DNA of 4,306 nt, the filler included, from an uncultured virus (IMG/VR IMGVR_UViG_2061766007_000580) (Duplodnaviria; Heunggongvirae; Uroviricota; Caudoviricetes). It is 2 parts of one record of this genome, joined end to end, with 100 filler letters (N's around TTAATTAATTAA, not from the genome) between each part and the next. Parts side by side here need not be neighbours in the genome. Positions count along the whole stretch, not along the records: positions 1 to 803 come from IMGVR_UViG_2061766007_000580; positions 904 to 4,306 come from IMGVR_UViG_2061766007_000580. One strand, 5' to 3'. The notes beneath the pieces were generated by a model that was not told the DNA's origin, made no database searches, and saw only the letters and a program-made list of their open reading frames with translations. Positions 1-4,306 of the stretch are shown in pieces. The position numbers were made by a program, and so were the translations under genes. Position 1 is the first letter of the stretch. Each line of letters starts with the position of its first letter.

Positions 1-85
1 TTTCCAGCTCGACGTTTGCGGCCTGCTCGGCCATCTCGACGAGTTCGCACAGTTCGTCGATGGTGATGGTGTTGTACTCGGGCAT
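1..85 (-). CDS. Hypothetical small acidic protein, 3' truncated by window edge (MPEYNTITIDELCELVEMAEQAANVELE...); paralog of 1312-1539
   Basis: ATG at 85-83 preceded by GGAAGGAG RBS; first 23 residues match the 1312-1539 product at 21 positions. Confidence 0.8.
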   Translation of the reverse strand, partial: MPEYNTITIDELCELVEMAEQAANVELE

Positions 86-174
86 GGTTGCTCCTTCCGT
101 TTCGTCGGTTCACTCGTGATGCAGAACGCATCAGCCAAGGCGCTCGTGAGCGCCCTGACGGGACGTTCTGGCTC
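86..174 (-). ncRNA. Conserved structured intergenic element, copy A (hairpin plus pseudoknot; hammerhead-like motifs)
   Basis: Identical to 1540-1624 except one short segment; GTCAGGGCGCT/AGCGCCTTGGC stem; TGATG/CATCA stem whose loop CGTTCTG is complementary to upstream CAGAACG. Confidence 0.5.
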
Positions 175-438
175 CTAGCAAAACCCGAACTCGCGCTCCA
201 TCTCGACGGCGTCGCGCTCCAGTTCAGCAATCCAGAATTCGGCGGCATCGATGCGCTCGTCGATTTCGGCAAATTCGCCCTCAATCCACAGTCGTTCCGC
301 TTCGCTCAGAGCGTGCATTGCGCACGTGTTCGCCACGCTCATGTGCAGGTTCGCCATGTCTTCGAGCGCAATGGTGAGTTCTTCTTCCCACTGCCAGAGT
401 TCGGCACAGACTTCTTCGTAGGCTTCGATGGTGGACAT
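175..438 (-). CDS. Hypothetical highly acidic helical protein, 87 aa (MSTIEAYEEVCAEL...), copy A
   Basis: AAGGAG RBS before ATG at 438; 24/87 residues D/E versus 4 R and 0 K; paralog at 1625-1888 keeps the same frame with many synonymous changes. Confidence 0.88.
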   Translation of the reverse strand: MSTIEAYEEVCAELWQWEEELTIALEDMANLHMSVANTCAMHALSEAERLWIEGEFAEIDERIDAAEFWIAELERDAVEMEREFGFC

Positions 439-546
439 GGTTTCTCCTTTCGTTTCTGGGCATGGTTCGCCCAAGGATTCCGATACATGAATGTGGATCT
501 TTGTGGCATGTAGCCATATGGCAGGGTTATCCCATGNNNNNNNNNN

Positions 547-568
547 GGGGCGCCCACTCGGACGCCCC
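547..568 (-). terminator. GC-rich hairpin, probable intrinsic terminator after 598-803
   Basis: GGGGCGTCC-GAGT-GGGCGCCCC, 9-bp stem with one G-U; any U-tract would fall in the N gap 537-546. Confidence 0.55.
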
Positions 569-597
569 TCGGTTACTCGGTTGTATGTCGTTGTCGT

Positions 598-803
598 TTA
601 CAAATCGCCGCTAAGGGCGTCGAGCACAAAGCTCTCGAAGATGTCCACCTTGCCACCTTCGTGCTCCTCGTTGCGGCGCAGCAGCTCGGCTCTAAGCTCG
701 GCTTCGCTGTAATCGCACCTCGTCACGAGGTAGCTCACAAGGCCGGCGTACCAGCCCCTCGTGGCCTCGACGCGGGCTTCTTCGAGCATGGTCGCATACG
801 GCT
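598..803 (-). CDS. Hypothetical protein; true start probably inside the gap (...PYATMLEEARVEATRGWYAG...DALSGDL)
   Basis: Frame is open upstream of ATG 789 into the Ns, with no RBS before 789; GC3-rich codons; TAA at 600-598. Confidence 0.7.
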
Positions 804-903
804 NNNNNNNNNNNNNNNNNNNNNNNNNNNNNNNNNNNNNNNNNNNNTTAATTAATTAANNNNNNNNNNNNNNNNNNNNNNNNNNNNNNNNNNNNNNNNN
901 NNN
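804..903. other. Artificial 100-nt scaffold gap with six-frame stop linker
   Basis: 44 N + TTAATTAATTAA (848-859) + 44 N. Confidence 0.93.
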
Positions 904-1087
904 TCACTGGGTCGTACTGCCGAACGACTCCGTCGTTGTACATGAGCAGGTAGCCGCTCGGCGTTTCGTCGTTGCTCACGACGATGCACTCGGCCATCGC
1001 AGTAAGCTTCACGGCTTCGGCATGGCTCAGCTCGACGTTGCGATGTGCAATGCGCATGTACTGCTTGTCGATGATGTTGGCGTTCAT
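904..1087 (-). CDS. Hypothetical protein, 3' end lost in gap (MNANIIDKQYMRIAH...VRQYDPV...)
   Basis: GGAAGGAG RBS upstream of ATG 1087; open to the gap at 903. Confidence 0.8.
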
Positions 1088-1125
1088 GGTCGCGCTCCTT
1101 CCCGCGCTCGGTTGTTCTTATGAAT

Positions 1126-1147
1126 CGACCCCGCCGAAGCGGGGCCG
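1126..1147 (-). terminator. Stable C(UUCG)G hairpin directly after a stop codon; terminator or mRNA stabiliser
   Basis: CGGCCCCGC-TTCG-GCGGGGTCG; followed by ATTC, so no real U-tract. Confidence 0.5.
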
Positions 1148-1300
1148 TCAAATCGGATCTTCGTCCTCGTCCTCCTCGTACTCGGCCGCGTCGGCGGCTC
1201 CCCGCTCATAGGCGAATTCGAGGAGCTTGCACTTGCCGATGATTGCGGCCGTGACGAACGTGCCTAGGCACATGGCGAACTCTCGGCGTGTCATTCCCAT
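1148..1300 (-). CDS. 50-aa mini-protein not in ORF track: MGMTRREFAMCLGTFVTAAIIGKCKLLEFAYERGAADAAEYEEDEDEDPI
   Basis: Strong GGAGGTG RBS overlapping the TAG of the upstream gene; fills the space between that gene and a hairpin; TGA at 1150-1148. Confidence 0.8.
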   Translation of the reverse strand: MGMTRREFAMCLGTFVTAAIIGKCKLLEFAYERGAADAAEYEEDEDEDPI

Positions 1301-1311
1301 GACGTCACCTC

Positions 1312-1539
1312 CTACCACTCGACGAGAACGAGGCGCTTCGCGCCAGTATCGGTGGACTCCCAGGCGCTCTCATTCGAGCCCCTGATTACCGCGTCCGTCT
1401 CGTCGAAAGCACGCTTCGCGCTCAGCGACTCGGTCGCATCCCAGCAGCCGAACGCGGCGCACTCCGCGCTTGCGGCCTGTTCGGCCATCTCGACGAGTTC
1501 GTACAGTTCGTCGATGGTGATGTCGTTGTACTCGGGCAT
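1312..1539 (-). CDS. Hypothetical acidic protein, 75 aa (MPEYNDITIDELYELVEMAEQAA...LVLVEW)
   Basis: GGAAGGAG RBS before ATG 1539; paralog starts at 85. Confidence 0.85.
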   Translation of the reverse strand: MPEYNDITIDELYELVEMAEQAASAECAAFGCWDATESLSAKRAFDETDAVIRGSNESAWESTDTGAKRLVLVEW

Positions 1540-1624
1540 GGTTGCTCCTTCCGTTTCGTAGACTCGTGATGCAGAACGCATCAGCCAAGGCGCTCGTGAG
1601 CGCCCTGACGGGACGTTCTGGCTC
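1540..1624 (-). ncRNA. Conserved structured intergenic element, copy B
   Basis: Same stems as 86-174; the only difference is GT-CT-AC here versus GT-GAACCG-AC before GAAACGG. Confidence 0.5.
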
Positions 1625-1888
1625 CTAGCGAAACCCGAACTCGCGCTCCATCTCGACGGCGTAGCGCTCCAGCTCGGCGATATGCGACTCCGCACCATCG
1701 ATGCGCTCGTCGATTTTGGAGAACTCTTTCTCGACCCAATCGCGCTCGAATGTGCTCAGTGCGTGCATGGCGCACACGTTCGCCACGCTCTTGTGCAGGT
1801 TCGCCATGTCTTCGAGCGCAATGGTGAGTTCGTCTTCCCACTGCCAGAGTTCGGCGCAGACTTCTTCGTAGGCTTCGATGGTGGACAT
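1625..1888 (-). CDS. Hypothetical highly acidic helical protein, 87 aa, copy B (72/87 identical to copy A)
   Basis: AAGGGAG RBS before ATG 1888; TAG at 1627-1625. Confidence 0.88.
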   Translation of the reverse strand: MSTIEAYEEVCAELWQWEDELTIALEDMANLHKSVANVCAMHALSTFERDWVEKEFSKIDERIDGAESHIAELERYAVEMEREFGFR

Positions 1889-2036
1889 TGAGTCTCCCTT
1901 CTCTCGATTCTGGGCATAGCTCTCCCTAGGATTCCGATATGTGGGTGNNNNNNNNNNNNNNNNNNNNNNNNNNNNNNNNNNNNNNNNNNNNNNNNNNNNN
2001 NNNNNNNNNNNNNNNNNNNNNNNNNNNNNNNNNNNN

Positions 2037-2466
2037 TGTACACGACGGCGCCACGGCTCTGGCAATATGCCCACTTCGAGCTGCTGAACGCCTTCTTCAC
2101 GGCTTCCTTGAATGCGGGGCTGTAGCCCGTGCCCTTCTCACCGCTGAATGGGTAAATCCATGCCCACGTTCCCTCAATGCGCCATTCTGCCTTATCGAAC
2201 CCAGCTTCCCAGAGCTTCAGGACGGCGTTGTCCAGTCGTTTCACCTGATGGTCGGTGAGGTCGTGCTTCTCAGGGGTGTAGTACACCCTGCCCGTTTCGG
2301 ACTTCTTGACTTCGGGCTTCGGGGCGGACTTCTTCGCCTTCCGCTTCGGGGCGGACTTCTTCGGGGCCTGCGAGACTTCGACGCCCATGCCTGCCAGCTG
2401 GACGGCCTGCTCGAAGCTGATGATTCCAGACTTGTATGCCTGCTCGATGTTGATGTTCTTCTTCAT
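2037..2466 (-). CDS. Hypothetical protein (at least 143 aa) with Lys/Ala/Pro-rich linker (KKSAPK x2) and aromatic-rich C-terminal domain; 3' end in gap 1948-2036
   Basis: AGAAGGGA RBS before ATG 2466 (MKKNINIEQAY...); 21-bp direct repeat at 2316-2336 and 2343-2363. Confidence 0.85.
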
Positions 2467-2494
2467 GGTTCTTTCCCTTCTACTAGGATGGATT

Positions 2495-2956
2495 ACTTGC
2501 GCGGGAATGCGCATATCTACCCATTGAGTGCTAGTAATGACCTCAATAGGCAGACTCCACATTCCCCAACGTGGATACAATTCGCCCTACTGTCACTAGG
2601 GCCGGTTCTAACCGCCGCCTTGTAACTAGCCCCCGTTAAGGGTTCCGTTCCCGTGGACTTGTGAGCGCCTATCGCGTTGGGTTTGGTTTTTGTCGGCTTG
2701 TCTTTCGTCTGCTATGCAGCCGCCGCCCGTGCAAGCGCTTTCATCTTTCGCCACGCTGTAGCTAGTCGGATTACGCGGTTCTCTCTATGGCCGTTTTGGG
2801 TTTGAGTACATGGAACGCGCATCTATTGGTATCGCACGTGGTAGCTTGCTACCGTCTCTTACCCTCATGCATTTGCCCGTGTACCGTAGGGGATGGAGTC
2901 TCAAGACTGCCCGTCCAAGTTGACCTCTTACGCAACTTGCTCCACTGCCTACGGGC
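2495..2956 (-). ncRNA. Candidate large, multi-domain structured RNA in the leader of the leftward operon (family not identified)
   Basis: More than 12 nested or adjacent helices; imperfect pairs in five stems are G-U on the minus strand; no convincing CDS. Confidence 0.7.
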
Positions 2957-3029
2957 TGGGGTTTGGCTGGCGGGTGGGTATGGGCGGCGCCCGTGCCCGT
3001 GCCCTTGCCTGTGTCGTGGTGTTGGTCAT
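2949..3029 (-). CDS. Putative 26-aa leader peptide MTNTTTQARARARAPPIPTRQPNPSP
   Basis: GGAAGGA RBS 8 nt before ATG 3029; stop TAG lies within the first helix of the structured region. Confidence 0.4.
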   Translation of the reverse strand: MTNTTTQARARARAPPIPTRQPNPSP

Positions 3030-3067
3030 TTCGTGCGTCCTTCCAATCGCGGGTTGATGATGGTTGG

Positions 3068-3096
3068 ATAGTAGGGTATTCCCTAACATTTCACAA
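3068..3096 (-). promoter_or_regulatory. Leftward sigma70-type promoter, TSS near 3061
   Basis: -35 TTGTGA (3096-3091), 17-bp spacer, -10 TACTAT (3073-3068). Confidence 0.65.
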
Positions 3097-3141
3097 TAGG
3101 GATATACCTATCTTCACATTGTCTACATAAGTATTTCCCTA
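3072..3141. promoter_or_regulatory. Three 14-bp palindromic operators, consensus TAGGG-W4-CCCTA
   Basis: TAGGGTATTCCCTA 3072-3085, TAGGGATATACCTA 3097-3110, TAAGTATTTCCCTA 3128-3141; located between divergent genes. Confidence 0.75.
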
Positions 3142-3163
3142 ACATGCACAAAACTAGTATGAT
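3135..3163 (+). promoter_or_regulatory. Possible rightward promoter for the HTH gene
   Basis: TTCCCT (3135-3140)-N17-TATGAT (3158-3163); the -35 overlaps operator 3. Confidence 0.45.
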
Positions 3164-3199
3164 GTGGGTACAAAAAAACTTGACTTGAACAGGGGTTTT

Positions 3200-3439
3200 A
3201 TGATGGAAGCTATCGAAGCTGTAAAACATGCCGCGAATGTGTCGCATGTGCCAATAACACAAATAGGCATTGCAATGGGAAAGCGGCCAAACTATGTAAG
3301 CGTGGCTGCAAACAAGAATCAAAGACTACGGAGTGACGTATTAGCGCGAATGCTTGACGTGTGCGGATATGGGCTGTTTGCTATCCCTTATGGGCATGAG
3401 CCAAATGACGCCATACAGATAACAGCGGATAACGACTAG
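3200..3439 (+). CDS. Small XRE/Cro-CI-type helix-turn-helix transcriptional regulator (start 3200 or 3203)
   Basis: AGGGG RBS at 3191-3195; pattern ITQIGIAMGKRPNYVS...LRSDVLARMLDVCGYGL fits the XRE five-helix fold; adjacent operators. Confidence 0.75.
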   Translation: MMEAIEAVKHAANVSHVPITQIGIAMGKRPNYVSVAANKNQRLRSDVLARMLDVCGYGLFAIPYGHEPNDAIQITADND

Positions 3440-3648
3440 AGCACTACTTATATATAGCGTTGATTGACATAGTGCCGGAAATTGCATTTGCGCAGGTCAA
3501 CGCGGGAAAATCACGTATGAGAACGTAGATGATCTTTTTGGGAATATATGGGGTTTGCATGCTATTGAATAGGCTACGCAAGCATGGCGGCTTTGTGTCG
3601 CGTGCTAGTCAATCAATCATGCAATGATAGTTAGTGCGGATAGCGCTA

Positions 3649-3677
3649 GCGCGATGGGTTGCGCGATGGGTTGCGCG
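3649..3677. repeat. Tandem 12-mer GCGCGATGGGTT x2.4
   Basis: 3649-3660, 3661-3672, partial 3673-3677. Confidence 0.8.
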
Positions 3678-3862
3678 TTGCAATAGGGCGGCATGGTTGC
3701 ATGATAGGTTATAGCGTCATCGGTTGCGCTTTTATCTGATTGGCAGTGGGCAATTGAGCGATATGTGCATTGCGGATTGATGGGGATGTAACGCGCATGG
3801 TTGCGCCCTGGTAATTATTCATATATGAGAATAATACGTTATCGGTGATGGGCGATTGGATG

Positions 3863-4258
3863 AATTTACGTAAGCGTAAGTGACGTAAATTTTTGCGTGC
3901 CAGGGCGATAGAGTTTACTAAAAGTTTGTGATTGTAAACACGGATGATGCGTTTTACTGAATGACGCGATGTGTAAGCGTTAAGTGATGGGCGATAGCGT
4001 TTTACGTACAGTGGGAGAGTGTAAGAATTAGTGATTATCGGTTAGCTGTTCCTAACATGTGCGCGTGATGGGATTCCATATGTACCGATAATGGTACAAA
4101 GAAGGGCATAATGCCTGATAGATTCCATTTTTGCAGGTAAAAGTTTACATATAGGGTATGTTGCGTAAGGAATAGGTTTTACACTTGAGATTTTGAGCGT
4201 AAAACAGTGGATAAGAAAGCCAAACTTGACACGACGTAAACACTCCATGGCGTTTACG
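3863..4258. repeat. Cluster of 12 TTTAC/GTAAA motifs, mostly in inverted pairs
   Basis: Motifs start at 3865, 3885, 3914, 3934, 3953, 4001, 4137, 4144, 4178, 4199, 4236, 4253. Confidence 0.7.
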
Positions 4259-4306
4259 ATACCCCCCTATTCGTATAATAATCGAATCGACCAGGGGGAA
4301 CGGCGG

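Larger units (their letters stand above)
17..485. repeat. Duplicated module copy A (upstream motif, 87-aa gene, spacer, start of next gene); partner at about 1471-1939
   Basis: Direct alignment with offset 1450-1454 bp. Confidence 0.92.
1471..1939. repeat. Duplicated module copy B
   Basis: Aligns with about 17-485. Confidence 0.92.

Noticed and set aside
5..16. 12-nt match CAGCTCGACGTT with 1028-1039 (NVEL in both proteins)
   Set aside because: Too short, uses common codons, no flanking similarity
848..859. TTAATTAATTAA palindrome
   Set aside because: Centred in a 100-nt N gap; an artificial six-frame stop linker, not biology
223..1753. Diversity-generating retroelement TR/VR pair to explain the paralog divergence
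   Set aside because: Substitutions are not adenine-specific in either copy or strand, many are synonymous, both copies have RBSs, and no reverse transcriptase is in the window
1756..2580. 274-aa ORF as listed in the track
   Set aside because: Extended artificially through Ns; the upstream part overlaps RNA hairpins, and the RBS-supported start is 2466
88..2625. Plus-strand ORFs (88-513, 491-712, 661-855, 972-1211, 1352-1561, 1682-1891, 1939-2625, 2306-2527) and alternative minus frames
   Set aside because: Shadows of GC-rich minus-strand genes that have clear RBSs; several run through N gaps
2495..2956. Group II intron, RNase P RNA, tmRNA or tRNA identity for the structured region
   Set aside because: I could not find a domain V hairpin, the GAGGAAAGUCC P4 signature or tRNA-like T-arm/CCA ends
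2787..3071. 94-aa plus-strand ORF
   Set aside because: No RBS, Cys-rich atypical composition, antisense to the structured leader
3649..4000. CRISPR array
   Set aside because: Repeats are 12 bp or shorter and irregularly spaced, with no repeat-spacer periodicity
3083..4248. Minus-strand ORFs 3083-3322 and 4042-4248
   Set aside because: The first is antisense to the HTH gene and crosses the operators; the second lacks an RBS and lies in the repeat tract
4226..4279. Rightward promoter from TTGACA (4226-4231) and TATAAT (4274-4279)
   Set aside because: The hexamers are 42 bp apart, and neither has a well-spaced partner

Overview
This looks like a phage or prophage early region. The GC-rich coding part and the repressor type suggest an Actinomycetota, possibly Coriobacteriia, host (inference). 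A small XRE/Cro-CI-type HTH gene (3200-3439, +) diverges from a leftward promoter (TTGTGA-N17-TACTAT), and three 14-bp palindromic operators (TAGGG-W4-CCCTA) lie between them. The leftward transcript opens with a ~600-nt leader: a 26-codon ORF, then a ~460-nt densely base-paired region (2495-2956) whose G-U wobbles favour the minus strand. That region is a candidate large structured ncRNA and the most notable feature here. Downstream is a chain of tiny, mostly acidic hypothetical genes on the minus strand. A two-gene module occurs twice ~1.45 kb apart, with an almost invariant structured spacer (pseudoknot with hammerhead-like motifs) and patchy protein divergence. A 50-aa ORF missing from the ORF track has a twin-arginine-like N-terminus. 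The right ~870 bp is non-coding and rich in short repeats, including 12 TTTAC/GTAAA motifs mostly in inverted pairs. Three N gaps, one with an artificial TTAATTAATTAA linker, limit certainty about gene ends and contiguity.
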